NCBI GenBank assembly: GCA_963666485.2
Contig: CAXXUO010000001.1
Span: 1,184,001-1,248,000, forward strand
DNA length: 64,000 nucleotides
Source: Syntrophorhabdaceae bacterium
GTDB lineage: Bacteria; Desulfobacterota; Syntrophorhabdia; Syntrophorhabdales; Syntrophorhabdaceae
Direction of reading: 5' to 3'
Every line of letters starts with the position of its first letter. The first letter of the stretch is position 1. The notes below the pieces were generated by a model, which did not search any database, had not been told where the DNA came from, and worked only from the letters and a program-made list of their open reading frames with translations. The position numbers and the translations under genes are program-made. Positions 36,071 to 46,434 of this stretch are shown here, one piece after another.

Positions 36071-37915
36071 ATGATGAACTGTCCCGACGATCCGCTTGCA
36101 ATTGCTCGAAACTGCAGGCACTATGCTATGTGCAAGATCGATTTCCTGGGGACGGGAGTATGCGCGTCAGGCCTCGAAAACCATTACGTCAGCTTTTACC
36201 CGGAAGGCAGGATGGACCTCTATGCGGCCCTTGTAAAGGGCGTAGTCCCCGTGACCGGGCAGTGCGTGGCGATAGCTGACGGCTGCGATCTGTGCGGCAG
36301 ATGCGACTACCAGTGCGCATTCGTGACGGGCATGAGGCCGACGCGGGTCATGGCGGCGCTCAAGGCGCTCGTAGCGGACCACCTCGCCGCGGGAAAGAAG
36401 GTCATCGGGCCCGCCCGGGACCGCTTGCTCAAGGAGATACAGGACATTGTGGGCGTGAGGTGGGCAACGAATGACAGGGCGATTGCCTCGGCGTACGCGT
36501 ACGACCCGTCGCCGTTCGCCGAAACCATACTTCCGAGGCTCGTCGTCATGCCGGGGAGCACGGACGAGATATCCGCCGTCATAAGGCTGCTTTCCCGGGA
36601 GCATGTCCCTTTTGCTGCCCGCGCTTCCGGCACGAACCTCATGGGCTTTACGTTGACGGAAGGTGCAGTGATCGACTTCAGCAGGATGACGACGGTCGAT
36701 TTTGACGAGACTTCGTGGTCGGTGAAGATAGGTCCGGGCGTATCCGCTTTCGAGCTGCAAAAGCAGGCCCTCGAGAGAGGATACCGGGTCAACGTCGCTG
36801 AGCCGGCGGCACTCGTGTGCGGAAGCATGATGTGCATGGGCATAGTCTCCCTGTTCGCCCCGGCATACGGCGCATCCGCGGACAATTATGTCAATGCCGA
36901 GTTCGTCGGAAATGACGGGTCCGTTTTCACGCTGAACGACAGGGATGCCCCGAACCTTTTCTCTTATAACCGGGCCGGTGCACAAAGCCCGGGGATATGT
37001 TCCTCTCTTAAGGTGAAGCTCCACCCGGTGCTCGATGACGAAAGCGGTGTCCTCGTGCCGTTCGGGGCCCTTCAAGAAGCCATACATTTTTCGAAAGAAT
37101 GCGCGGTACGGCGCATCGGGTTCGCCATAGGCATCCTTGGGGCCGAATATCTGGCATCGTTCATGTCGCCCTCACAAGAAGTCTCCCGGGACGTGAAAAA
37201 GGTCCTGGCCGAAAAACTGGGTATAAAATATACGGTCCTCATTCTCGGTGACTCTTATGCAATGAAAAATATCAGGGAAATGGGACACCCGGTCATCGAC
37301 CAGGAGCTTTTCAGGGTTCTTAGCCTGGGCCTGCCGCGGATGATCCAGGCGGAATGGGTCGACCTCATTGCCGGCCTCGATAGTGATCGGCCGTTTTCCT
37401 ATCTCGATGCGGCGGGTTTTACAGACCTCGCTTCGACGGCCCTGTCCCCGTCCGCCTCGCAGATAGCATCCCTGTTCGATCCCGACCTCAAAGATATGTT
37501 CGAAAGGGTCTATGCGCGCGATGAACTGACGGACCTTGTCTGGCTCAATATGTTCAGGGTGGTCAGCTCCCGGATCGGGCGTGAGCGGAATTTCTTCCCC
37601 TTCCTCATGTACATACCGATGACGCATGAAAGTATCGAAGAGATACAGCACGGGCTGCGAGATATAGCCCGGTCACGCCATCTCGGGAACGCCTTCGGTT
37701 TTGTCACACCCGTTGATATGGGCAAAAGGTGCATCCTCGAATATGATTATTTCTTTGACCAGACGGACGCCGGCGAAAGGGACCGGCTTATGGGCGCTGC
37801 TTTAGATGCCGGCACATTCCTTGATGACATATCGGCGCGCACGGGCACGCTGCGCTGGACCAAACATATATTTCAGCAAGGGTACTGCAGAAAGGACAAC
37901 CTGCTCTACGCGTAG
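36071..37915 (+). CDS. FAD-binding (FAD_binding_4-type) oxidoreductase with an N-terminal Fe-S domain
   Basis: CRHYAMC...CDLCGRCDYQC; VVMPGSTDEI, ARASGTN, VKIGPGV. Confidence 0.82.
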   Translation: MMNCPDDPLAIARNCRHYAMCKIDFLGTGVCASGLENHYVSFYPEGRMDLYAALVKGVVPVTGQCVAIADGCDLCGRCDYQCAFVTGMRPTRVMAALKALVADHLAAGKKVIGPARDRLLKEIQDIVGVRWATNDRAIASAYAYDPSPFAETILPRLVVMPGSTDEISAVIRLLSREHVPFAARASGTNLMGFTLTEGAVIDFSRMTTVDFDETSWSVKIGPGVSAFELQKQALERGYRVNVAEPAALVCGSMMCMGIVSLFAPAYGASADNYVNAEFVGNDGSVFTLNDRDAPNLFSYNRAGAQSPGICSSLKVKLHPVLDDESGVLVPFGALQEAIHFSKECAVRRIGFAIGILGAEYLASFMSPSQEVSRDVKKVLAEKLGIKYTVLILGDSYAMKNIREMGHPVIDQELFRVLSLGLPRMIQAEWVDLIAGLDSDRPFSYLDAAGFTDLASTALSPSASQIASLFDPDLKDMFERVYARDELTDLVWLNMFRVVSSRIGRERNFFPFLMYIPMTHESIEEIQHGLRDIARSRHLGNAFGFVTPVDMGKRCILEYDYFFDQTDAGERDRLMGAALDAGTFLDDISARTGTLRWTKHIFQQGYCRKDNLLYA

Positions 37916-37925
37916 GCTGGCATTT

Positions 37926-39119
37926 ATGAGCATGGCCGGACATGACCATCAAACCTGTATGATAACCGGTGCCACAGGGTTTCTCGGCAGCCACCTGATG
38001 GCCATGCTTCTGCTTAAGGGGTGCCGCGTTCTTGTTGTCGGCCGTTCGTCGGATGGAATGCCGATAGCGGAAAGGATCTTGCACCTCATTGACTGGTTTC
38101 GTATCAAGGGCTTGTCGCCTCAAGTAAAGGTCTTCGAAAGCAACCTTGGCAAGCCGGGACTTGGCCTTGGCCGGGATGCTTACCGGGAGATTCGCGCGGC
38201 AAGACCGGTTGTCATCCACTGTGCATCGGATACCCGGTTCTCCGAGAGGAACCGCTCGTCCTCCGTGGATACGAATGTCCGTGCCCTGTCGGGGATCATT
38301 GGCCTCGCCGGAGATTGCGCCTCGCCGTTCTTTCATCATATAAGTACCGCCTATGTGGCCGGGGATTCTTCATCACGCCCGCGCGAGGTGCCCGTTGCCG
38401 ATCATGTGTTTTCCAACGTGTACGAGGAAACGAAAGCGGCGGCCGAAAGAGAGGTCTCCCGTCAGTGCGCGGGTTGCGGGATCCCCTACACGATCACCCG
38501 TCCTTCGATCGTTTACGGCGATTCGAGATCAGGAAGATCGAACCGTTTCAACGCCCTCTATTACCATGTGCGGTCGCTCAAGGTGATCCGCGACATCTAC
38601 CTCGCGGATATCCGTGAACACGCAGGGACACGGTCGCAGGCCCTCGGCATTCACCTTGGCGCCAATGGCACGCTGCGCTTGCCGCTGCGTATTCTCCTCG
38701 AAAACACAGGGCGTGTGAACCTTATACCGGTAGACCATTTCACCGCCGTCATGGACAGGATACTTCAGCGGGGTAAGCCAGGGACCATCTATCATATTAC
38801 CGATGATGATCCCAGGAGCACCGAAGAGCTCGCGGCATACGCCGGCAGATTCCTGAACCTGCAGGGGATAGAGGTCGTATACGGGAGCCGGGCGAGCGAA
38901 GCGGACTTGAATCCGCCCGAAGAGCTCTTCAACAGGCTGATCGGGCCGTACCGGCCCTATCTCAGCGATACGCGGCGTTTCGACAGGAGCAACACGCTCG
39001 AAGTGGCGAACGGGATCAAGGCCCCGGGGATGACCTACGAAGTATTCGAACGATGCATGAATTACGCCATCGGCGTATCATGGGGAAAGGCCGGCCCGCT
39101 CACGGGAAGAGTGGCGTAA
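37926..39119 (+). CDS. Extended SDR / thioester- or fatty-acyl-reductase-like NAD(P)-dependent oxidoreductase
   Basis: ITGATGFLG, HISTAYVAG, YEETK (YxxxK), RPSIVYG, NLIPVD. Confidence 0.87.
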   Translation: MSMAGHDHQTCMITGATGFLGSHLMAMLLLKGCRVLVVGRSSDGMPIAERILHLIDWFRIKGLSPQVKVFESNLGKPGLGLGRDAYREIRAARPVVIHCASDTRFSERNRSSSVDTNVRALSGIIGLAGDCASPFFHHISTAYVAGDSSSRPREVPVADHVFSNVYEETKAAAEREVSRQCAGCGIPYTITRPSIVYGDSRSGRSNRFNALYYHVRSLKVIRDIYLADIREHAGTRSQALGIHLGANGTLRLPLRILLENTGRVNLIPVDHFTAVMDRILQRGKPGTIYHITDDDPRSTEELAAYAGRFLNLQGIEVVYGSRASEADLNPPEELFNRLIGPYRPYLSDTRRFDRSNTLEVANGIKAPGMTYEVFERCMNYAIGVSWGKAGPLTGRVA

Positions 39120-39190
39120 CACTCCGGTATTGTTATGAAAACCTGAAGCTTGAACGCGAGGCTGCTTTTCGGGTTATACTACAGGCTGAA

Positions 39191-41194
39191 ATGGCCATCG
39201 GGGACCTCAAGGAACACCTCAACGAAAGGCAGTACGAAGCCGTAACGACGATTGACGGCCCGGTGCTCGTCATAGCGGGCGCGGGCAGCGGCAAGACGCG
39301 CGTCATCGAATACAGGGTCGTGCACCTTGTCGAAAGGGGCGTTGACCCTCAGTCGATCCTGCTCCTTACCTTTACGCGGCGGGCCGCACGCGAGATGACC
39401 GGCCGTGCCGCACGGCATGACCCGCGCTGTGAGGGTATTGAAGGGGGCACCTTCCATTCTTTCGCCAACAAGATGCTGCGGAGATACAGCGATTTTTTCG
39501 GTCTTCCTGACGCGTTCACCATTTATGACGAGGCAGATGCACAGGAGGCCATCCACCGGTGCGCGGCGGGCCTCGGCTTCTATGAGCGGCAGAAAAGGCG
39601 CCCCCGGAAAGATATGCTCAGGAAGATACTCAGCATGGCGGCAAACAAGGAGATAACGATTGACGGCGTCCTGCAGAGGCATTATCCGGAATTCTTCCCC
39701 TTCTCGGATGAGATACAGGAACTGCGTCGAAAATACACCGAATTCAAGGTGACCTCGCAGTGCCTCGATTACGATGACCTCCTTCTCTATTTCAAGCTCC
39801 TTCTCGAGGACGATGCGATCAGGCCGGCTATTGCCGGCCGCTACCGCTATATTATGGTCGATGAATACCAGGACACGAACGCAATGCAGGGCGACATCAC
39901 ACTGGCCCTCGCGTCGCACCACGGCAACATCCTTGCGGTCGGTGATGATGCGCAGTCAATATATTCATTCAGGGGCACGTCACGGGAGAACATAATGAGT
40001 TTTCCGGCACGTTTCCCGGGATGCCGGGTGATCAAGCTGGAGGATAATTACCGGAGCACACAGGCCATTCTCGATGTGGGGAATGCCATTCTCGATACCA
40101 TGGCGAACAAATATGAGAAATGCCTGAAGGCCGCCGCAAAAGACCGCGGGGAAAAACCACGCCTGATCTTTTCCCGCGATGCGCACGAGGAGGCCGCATG
40201 GGTCGTGGATACGATCAAGCAATGCTACGACCAGGGGATGGAACTGTCCCACCAGTGCATCCTGTTCAGGTCATCCTACATTACCATCCCGGTCCAGGCC
40301 GAGCTCGGCAGGCGCAATATACCTTTCGCCGTGTACGGCGGCCTTAAGTTTTATGAGACGGCACATGTCAGGGACCTCCTCGCGCACCTGAAGCTCTTTG
40401 TCAACCCGAAGGATGAGCTCGCGTGGAGCCGCGTCCTGCTTTTGATACCGGGGGTAGGGCCGAAGACTGCCGAAAAGATGATCGCCGGGATAGCGCCCTG
40501 CGCCGACCTTCATGCAATAAAAACGCGTGTTATCGATGAATACGCCCGCTCGGGTGCCTCAAGGGGCCTTCAACGCCTCGCGGACCTTCTCGAGGCCGCC
40601 TCAGCCGGACCCGGCGATATCTGCCTTAAAGTTATCGGGTACTACGAGCCTATCCTGCGAGAAAAATTTGACCTCGACTATAATCTGAGGAAGAACGACC
40701 TCGATGCCCTTGCCCAGATATCGGGGCGCTATGAAACGGTCCATGACTTTCTTGCGGACCTTGCGATCGAGCCGCCGGAACGCGGTGTTAAGGATTTTCA
40801 TGACACGATATGGGAGAGGCCCCTCATTATGTCGACGATCCACTCGGCCAAGGGCCTTGAATGGCGCAACGTTTTCCTGATCGGGGCGATCGACGGCGTT
40901 CTGCCGTCGAGCTATACGACACGCGACGAAGAGGCCCTTGAGGAGGAACGCAGGCTCCTGTACGTGGCGGTGACCCGCGCCCGCGAAAATCTCTACATAC
41001 TCGCGCACCATGAAGGCCGCAACAACGGGATCCACACGTTCAACAGGCTTTCCCGTTTTATCGAGGCAGGCGGTGTGAGGGCATGCCTCGACGAAAAATA
41101 CGGCCCGCAGCCGGGCCGCACCGCGGTCACCGGGAACGGGGAATCCCTGAGCAAGGCCGATCTTCTCGAAAAATTACTGGGAAAAATGAAATAG
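39191..41194 (+). CDS. UvrD/PcrA-family ATP-dependent helicase
   Basis: AGAGSGKT, VDEYQD, VGDDAQSIYSFRG, NYRS, TIHSAKGLE, EERRLLYVAVTRA. Confidence 0.95.
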   Translation: MAIGDLKEHLNERQYEAVTTIDGPVLVIAGAGSGKTRVIEYRVVHLVERGVDPQSILLLTFTRRAAREMTGRAARHDPRCEGIEGGTFHSFANKMLRRYSDFFGLPDAFTIYDEADAQEAIHRCAAGLGFYERQKRRPRKDMLRKILSMAANKEITIDGVLQRHYPEFFPFSDEIQELRRKYTEFKVTSQCLDYDDLLLYFKLLLEDDAIRPAIAGRYRYIMVDEYQDTNAMQGDITLALASHHGNILAVGDDAQSIYSFRGTSRENIMSFPARFPGCRVIKLEDNYRSTQAILDVGNAILDTMANKYEKCLKAAAKDRGEKPRLIFSRDAHEEAAWVVDTIKQCYDQGMELSHQCILFRSSYITIPVQAELGRRNIPFAVYGGLKFYETAHVRDLLAHLKLFVNPKDELAWSRVLLLIPGVGPKTAEKMIAGIAPCADLHAIKTRVIDEYARSGASRGLQRLADLLEAASAGPGDICLKVIGYYEPILREKFDLDYNLRKNDLDALAQISGRYETVHDFLADLAIEPPERGVKDFHDTIWERPLIMSTIHSAKGLEWRNVFLIGAIDGVLPSSYTTRDEEALEEERRLLYVAVTRARENLYILAHHEGRNNGIHTFNRLSRFIEAGGVRACLDEKYGPQPGRTAVTGNGESLSKADLLEKLLGKMK

Positions 41195-41198
41195 CGGT

Positions 41199-42587
41199 TT
41201 AGAGCCAGTGAGATATCATGCGTGCGAAGAGCTCCCTGACCCTGTTCCACAGGGGCCTTCGCGACCACTCCTCGGCCAGGATCTGTTTGCAGTTCCCCCT
41301 GTCCTTTGCGAAGAGCGCTTCCATCTGGTCGGCGAAATCCGTGCCGAGGACGATCGCGTTGATCTCATCGTTGCGGATAAAGCTCCACAGGTCGAGGTTC
41401 GTGGACCCGACGGTTGACCATACCCCGTCGATCACCGCCGTCTTGGCGTGCAAGACCCTGTCCTGGTGCTCGTACAATTTTACTCCTGACTCGAGCAGGT
41501 CCTCATAGTGTGATTGGGCGGCATAGAGGGTCATTGTTACGTCGGTCAGTCCCGGCAGGACGATCGAGACATCGACGCCGCGTTTCGCCGCGCCCGTCAA
41601 TGCTTCCATCATCTGGCGGTCGGGAACGAAATATGAATTGGTAAGGTGCACCGAATGCTTGGCCTTCATGATGGCCGCCACGTACATGACGTATGTCGTG
41701 CGGTCAGGATCGTCGGGCGAGCCGGCGATGACCATGACCAGTTCCTTGCCCCTGGCCTCAAGCCGGGGGAAAAACCGGGCATCCTCTATGGGTGGACCTT
41801 TCTGTTTTGCCCATGTGTCAAGGAACAATGACTGGAATTGGGCGACCACAGGTCCTTCGACCATAATGTGCGTGTCGCGCCACCCGAAGGTTGTCTTGTC
41901 CCCGGGCCTTTGCGACCCCGGCGAACTCCCGGAATATACGCCGCTGATGTTGATCCCGCCTGTAAACGCTATCCGCCCGTCAACTATGATGAGCTTTCGA
42001 TGGTCGCGGTGGGTAATGAGCTGCCGGGTTTTTAGTTTAGCGGGATTGATGGGGTTGAATTCAACGACCTTACCCCCCGCGTCGACGAGTGGCTGAAAAA
42101 AAGAGGCCGGTGTATTCTTTGACCCGACACTGTCATAAATAATATGAACCTGGACCCCTTCCTGCTGTTTCCTGAGAAGGGCCTCGATAAACTGCCGGCC
42201 GACTTCGTCCTCCTCAAATGTGAAAATTTCAATATTGACGTGGTCGGTTGCATCACCGATCGCCTTGAGCATTGCCGCGAACGCGGCAGGGCCGTCGACG
42301 AGCAGGGTCACCCTGTTCCCGATCGTGAGCTTGCGGTGGGACAGCGCTTCCATGAGATAGGCATTGTCGTGGATGAGGCCGGATGAGTCTGCCTCCCTCT
42401 CAAGCCCGGAGATAAGCTTTTCGGAGCGCCCCTGCGGCAACGCGCCGCGGGGCCCTTCTATGGCAGGCGTCTGATGTGCGGGTATTTCCTTGATAAGGCT
42501 CGAAACATCAGGAAGACCGGCTGCACATCCGATGCATGCCAGTATTGCGGCGCACAGCAACACCGTGATGGATCTCAGTGAAATCAA
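41199..42587 (-). CDS. Cardiolipin synthase (ClsB-like PLD)
   Basis: Two HKD motifs (HRKLIIVD, HAKTAVID); WRDTH; SYFVP. Confidence 0.92.
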   Translation of the reverse strand: MISLRSITVLLCAAILACIGCAAGLPDVSSLIKEIPAHQTPAIEGPRGALPQGRSEKLISGLEREADSSGLIHDNAYLMEALSHRKLTIGNRVTLLVDGPAAFAAMLKAIGDATDHVNIEIFTFEEDEVGRQFIEALLRKQQEGVQVHIIYDSVGSKNTPASFFQPLVDAGGKVVEFNPINPAKLKTRQLITHRDHRKLIIVDGRIAFTGGINISGVYSGSSPGSQRPGDKTTFGWRDTHIMVEGPVVAQFQSLFLDTWAKQKGPPIEDARFFPRLEARGKELVMVIAGSPDDPDRTTYVMYVAAIMKAKHSVHLTNSYFVPDRQMMEALTGAAKRGVDVSIVLPGLTDVTMTLYAAQSHYEDLLESGVKLYEHQDRVLHAKTAVIDGVWSTVGSTNLDLWSFIRNDEINAIVLGTDFADQMEALFAKDRGNCKQILAEEWSRRPLWNRVRELFARMISHWL

Positions 42588-42747
42588 GGTTCCCGCCTCC
42601 GGCCGGTCTTTTTTCTGTGATGCCAGGCTGGTTTCTCAAGGAAAAGTAAGTTTTCCCCGGTCAAAGTCAACGCGATAGAAACATAACTTTATGATTTTAA
42701 GGGCTTTTTTAGAACGGTTCCACGGACGTATTTCGGGCGGGCGGCGT

Positions 42748-43347
42748 TTATCCGGTTATTATTTCGACTGTTTGCGTGCCGCATGCCTCGAGTGCCGTTA
42801 AAAGATCACCGGCCTCCTGCGCCCCTTTTTTGCCAAGGGCCCTCAGCAGCGCTTCTTTATTGGGGTTGAGGCGGATATATTCCGCAAGTTGGAAGGCCTC
42901 GACGCATACGCCATATTTCAGGAGGATAGGCCCCACCTCCCCGGCAAGAACGTTGAACAGTTTGACGGTGATATACCCGCCATCCCCCCGTCCGGGGTGA
43001 CCGCCATCATTGTGATAGGTGATGGACCGCCGCATCGATGCAAGCGGGCCTTTGCGGCGCAGGGTTGCCCCGGCGAGCCCCGGCATCGACGACGACAGTG
43101 CAAGCGTCATACCGCCCGTGATCCTTGCTGTACTTATATCATCAACCGGCGAGCCATCGAGAAAAACGGTGCTCAGCCTTTTTTCGAGATATTCGCGCGC
43201 TATGCCGAGGTGATGGACAAGCATCTCTTCGATCGTCAGGCCCGGCAGGCACCGGACGCGGACCCCCTGCTGGAAGAGCAGCGTGAAAAGTTTTGCTGCG
43301 TCGTTTTCTATTTCGAAGCGAGATGGGGGATCGCAGGGTCCGGTCAT
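42748..43347 (-). CDS. Hypothetical protein downstream of the AOR gene
   Basis: GGAGG RBS; LFQQGV...TVFLDG.PVDD...LALSSSMPGLAGA.LRR. Confidence 0.72.
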   Translation of the reverse strand: MTGPCDPPSRFEIENDAAKLFTLLFQQGVRVRCLPGLTIEEMLVHHLGIAREYLEKRLSTVFLDGSPVDDISTARITGGMTLALSSSMPGLAGATLRRKGPLASMRRSITYHNDGGHPGRGDGGYITVKLFNVLAGEVGPILLKYGVCVEAFQLAEYIRLNPNKEALLRALGKKGAQEAGDLLTALEACGTQTVEIITG

Positions 43348-43423
43348 CCTTAATTATTCCTCCGGCAACAAAAAAAGGGAAAAGGGTATGCGCCCCCTTC
43401 CCCGGGCAAAATATGGGCAGCCC

Positions 43424-45160
43424 CTAAAAATTCAAGACCTTGTCGAGGTCTTCGTCTGGTACATCGAATGTCACATCGTGCGGCGCGACCTTCTGCGTTT
43501 TGAAGAACGCCGGCAGGCGGTCCTGTTCTTTTGTAAAACCGGCCCTGGTGTTGAAGTCACGTTCGATCTTGAGTACCTTCTGGCCAAGTTCCACGACGCT
43601 GTCCGGTGTCAGGTCGATGCCGTAAAGCGCATTGAGCATGTCAAGAAGGGCAGTGAATGTCTCGGGGATATCCATGAGGGCAAATGCAGTAAAGACACAC
43701 ATGCCCGTCGAATCGATCGCCGCCGTTGCCACCTGGAGGTTGCGGGAAAGCTCGACCTGCCCTTCGGCCTTCAAGGGATCTACGAAACCGCCGACCTTGA
43801 GTATATTGGTCGCCGTGGCATAGCCCGCCGTGTGGTCTGCACCCATCGTGCTTGTGGCATATGTGACCCCGAGGCCTTTTACTGCGCGCGGGTCATAGGC
43901 GGGGATCGCCTGTCCCTTTACGACGGGAACACGTTCGAGCCCGAAGACCCTGCCCGTTACCGCTGCCCCGCTGCCGATGATCCTGCCGAGCGGCGTTCCC
44001 TTTCCGACCTCTTTGACGAGCTCGATCGCCGCATCGGCATCCCCGTACTTTATGAGCCCTGCCTCCATGGCGAGCCCGATCGCAACGCCGGTATCGATCG
44101 TGTCAAGACCGGTATCATCCTCGATAAAATCCATCATCGCGATCTTATCGACATCGTCGATCCCGCAATGTCCGCCGTGGGACCACACCGTCTCGTATTC
44201 AGGTTGTTTGCTGACGAAGTGACCGTCCTTGTCGTTATATATCCCGGAGCAGCGGATGACGCACCCGCGATGGCAGCCGTGCGTCGGCACTCCATGCCGC
44301 TCGGTTTCAAGTCCGGCCATTGTTTCGCCGCTTATCTTTGCCGCGCCGGCAAACCGGCCTTCCTTGAAGTTGTAGGTGGGGTACCCACCGGCCTCATTCA
44401 GTATGTTTGTGAGGACGTTCGTGCCATAGGCAGGCAATGCCTCGCCGGTTACCGGATGTTTACGCAGTCCCTCGATAAATGCCTTGTTTGCCTGGCGGAA
44501 CTTTTCCGGATCTTTGGGCTGCCGTGTCGGCATATCCGTATCGTCGAGCACGATCATTTTTACGCGTTTCGACCCCATGACCGCCCCCGGCCCTCCGCGC
44601 CCTGCATGGCGGGTGGGCCGTCCTTCCATGTCCGTACATGCGATCGAGGAGGCGGTGAGCCTCATTTCACCTGCCTGGCCGATCGAAATGCACGAGATGT
44701 GATCCCCGAACTCTTTTCTCATCTTGTCAACGGCCGCATAATTCCCCAGCATCTTAAGGCTGTTGTCGACCTCTATCGTGACGCCGTCCTTATTTATCCT
44801 GATCCTGTAGAGATCGTCCCCCGCCGGTTTGCCCTCGAGAACGATAGCCGCATAGCCGAGCCGTGCAAGTACCTGCGCCGGCTGGCCCCCGGCGTTCGAT
44901 TCCTTGATACCGCCGGTGAGCGGACTCTTGCAGCCTATGGACAATCTCCCCGACATTGCCGCCTGGGTCCCGCTGAGAAGCCCCGGTGCGATAACGAGCT
45001 TGTTTTCCGCCGACAGGGGATGACAGGTCGGCGGGACCTCGGCCGCGATCATCGCCGATGTAAGGCCCCGTCCTCCGAGCCCCGCAAATTCACCCAGGGG
45101 GCTTACCGCGAATGCCGGGCCGCCTCCGGCGCCCATATTTATACGCACTATTTTTTCCAT
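43424..45160 (-). CDS. aor: Tungsten/molybdenum aldehyde:ferredoxin oxidoreductase
   Basis: GLGGRG, KSPLTGGIKESNAGG, AGRGG.GAVMGSK, CHRGCVIRC, PEYET, AYDPR, GADHT. Confidence 0.93.
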   Translation of the reverse strand: MEKIVRINMGAGGGPAFAVSPLGEFAGLGGRGLTSAMIAAEVPPTCHPLSAENKLVIAPGLLSGTQAAMSGRLSIGCKSPLTGGIKESNAGGQPAQVLARLGYAAIVLEGKPAGDDLYRIRINKDGVTIEVDNSLKMLGNYAAVDKMRKEFGDHISCISIGQAGEMRLTASSIACTDMEGRPTRHAGRGGPGAVMGSKRVKMIVLDDTDMPTRQPKDPEKFRQANKAFIEGLRKHPVTGEALPAYGTNVLTNILNEAGGYPTYNFKEGRFAGAAKISGETMAGLETERHGVPTHGCHRGCVIRCSGIYNDKDGHFVSKQPEYETVWSHGGHCGIDDVDKIAMMDFIEDDTGLDTIDTGVAIGLAMEAGLIKYGDADAAIELVKEVGKGTPLGRIIGSGAAVTGRVFGLERVPVVKGQAIPAYDPRAVKGLGVTYATSTMGADHTAGYATATNILKVGGFVDPLKAEGQVELSRNLQVATAAIDSTGMCVFTAFALMDIPETFTALLDMLNALYGIDLTPDSVVELGQKVLKIERDFNTRAGFTKEQDRLPAFFKTQKVAPHDVTFDVPDEDLDKVLNF

Positions 45161-45387
45161 ACGATCACCTCGACGTGGATTGAATCATGTATCTTATATA
45201 TTCATTCTGTCACCGAAAACCCACATTTGCAACGGGGAAAAAAATGCGAAAAATATAATGAAAATAATTGGTTATAAAAATTACTTTTTGTGACTAATCG
45301 GGTGTTTTTGCAACAATAAATAACCATATATTTTCGTATCCGCATCTTCACTTTGCTCTTTATCCTCGATTCAGTTACAATGACCGG

Positions 45388-46287
45388 ATGAAGAAGCTTA
45401 TCGAGACGATCCCGAATTTCAGCGAGGGCAAGAACCAGGTCACGATCAGGAAGATCCTGGCATGCTTTGAAAATGTGAAAGGTGTTGCCCTGCTGGATCA
45501 TCATAAGGATCCCGATCACAACCGGTTGGTCGTGACGGCCGCGGGGGAAGCGGCCCCTTTGAAGAATGCCGTGCTGAAAGCAGTAGATACGGCCGTTAAG
45601 ATCATCGACCTCAGGAAGCACAAGGGTGAACACCCCCGCATAGGCGCAGTCGACGTCATCCCTTTCGTGCCGTTGGGGGGAACGACCATGGCCGAGGCCG
45701 TTTCGCTATCTCGCAGTGTCGCAAAAGAGATCTGGCTCAAGTCCCGTGTTCCCGTCTTTCTCTACGAAGAATCCGCGGTGCATCCCGGGCGCAGGAGCCT
45801 TCCCGATATCCGCAGAGGCGAATTCGAGGGCCTGACCGTAAAAATGAAGGACCCGCAATGGACACCCGACTACGGCGATCCATCCCCGCACCCCACGGCA
45901 GGTGCCGTTGCGGTCGGCGCGCGCATGCCTCTTATTGCCTTCAATGTGAACCTTGATACCGACAGCATGGCCATTGCCGGAGCGATCGCCCGAGCGGTCC
46001 GGCACCAGAGCGGCGGCCTGCGCTATTGCCGGGCGATACCGATAAACCTGAAAAAGCGCGGGATAGTGCAGGTATCCATGAATATGACGAACTACGTGGA
46101 GACGCCCCTTTATCGCGCCCTCGAATTGATAAGGATGGAGGCGCTGCGGTACGGCATAAGGGTCATAGGCAGTGAAATCGTGGGGCTCGTTCCCCTTGAG
46201 GCCCTCGTACAGTCATCCGCATACTACATGGGCCTCGAGGATTTTTCGGCCGAGCAGATACTGGAAGTGAAGCTGAACGAGGCGTAA
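45388..46287 (+). CDS. ftcD: Glutamate formiminotransferase
   Basis: PNFSEG, DPDHNR, HKGEHPRIGAVDVIPF, QVSMN, SEIVGLVP. Confidence 0.95.
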   Translation: MKKLIETIPNFSEGKNQVTIRKILACFENVKGVALLDHHKDPDHNRLVVTAAGEAAPLKNAVLKAVDTAVKIIDLRKHKGEHPRIGAVDVIPFVPLGGTTMAEAVSLSRSVAKEIWLKSRVPVFLYEESAVHPGRRSLPDIRRGEFEGLTVKMKDPQWTPDYGDPSPHPTAGAVAVGARMPLIAFNVNLDTDSMAIAGAIARAVRHQSGGLRYCRAIPINLKKRGIVQVSMNMTNYVETPLYRALELIRMEALRYGIRVIGSEIVGLVPLEALVQSSAYYMGLEDFSAEQILEVKLNEA

Positions 46288-46378
46288 GGCGTAAGGCGTA
46301 AGGCGTAAGGCGTAAGGCGTAAGGCGTAAGGCGTAAGGCGTAAGGCGTAAGGCGTAAGGCGTAAGGCGTAAGGCGTAA
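46281..46378 (+). repeat. Perfect tandem repeat (GGCGTAA)14
   Basis: 14 exact copies; the first supplies the last codon and stop of ftcD. Confidence 0.97.
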
Positions 46379-46434
46379 GGCTTCTCTTCACCCGTCAAAA
46401 AATTTAAAAAAAATGTCGCCCGCGCTAAATTGCA

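Noticed and set aside
39191..42587. Helicase + PLD anti-phage defence pair
   Set aside because: The genes are convergent; the PLD has the two-HKD cardiolipin-synthase signature and the helicase is an ordinary UvrD/PcrA type.
43283..45277. 664-aa + strand ORF
   Set aside because: Antisense shadow of the aor gene with no recognisable motifs.
46281..46378. CRISPR array
   Set aside because: Contiguous 7-bp units with no spacers, and no cas genes in the window.
46213..46398. ORF with (PYALRLT)n repeats
   Set aside because: It is the antisense reading of the GGCGTAA array and overlaps the end of ftcD.
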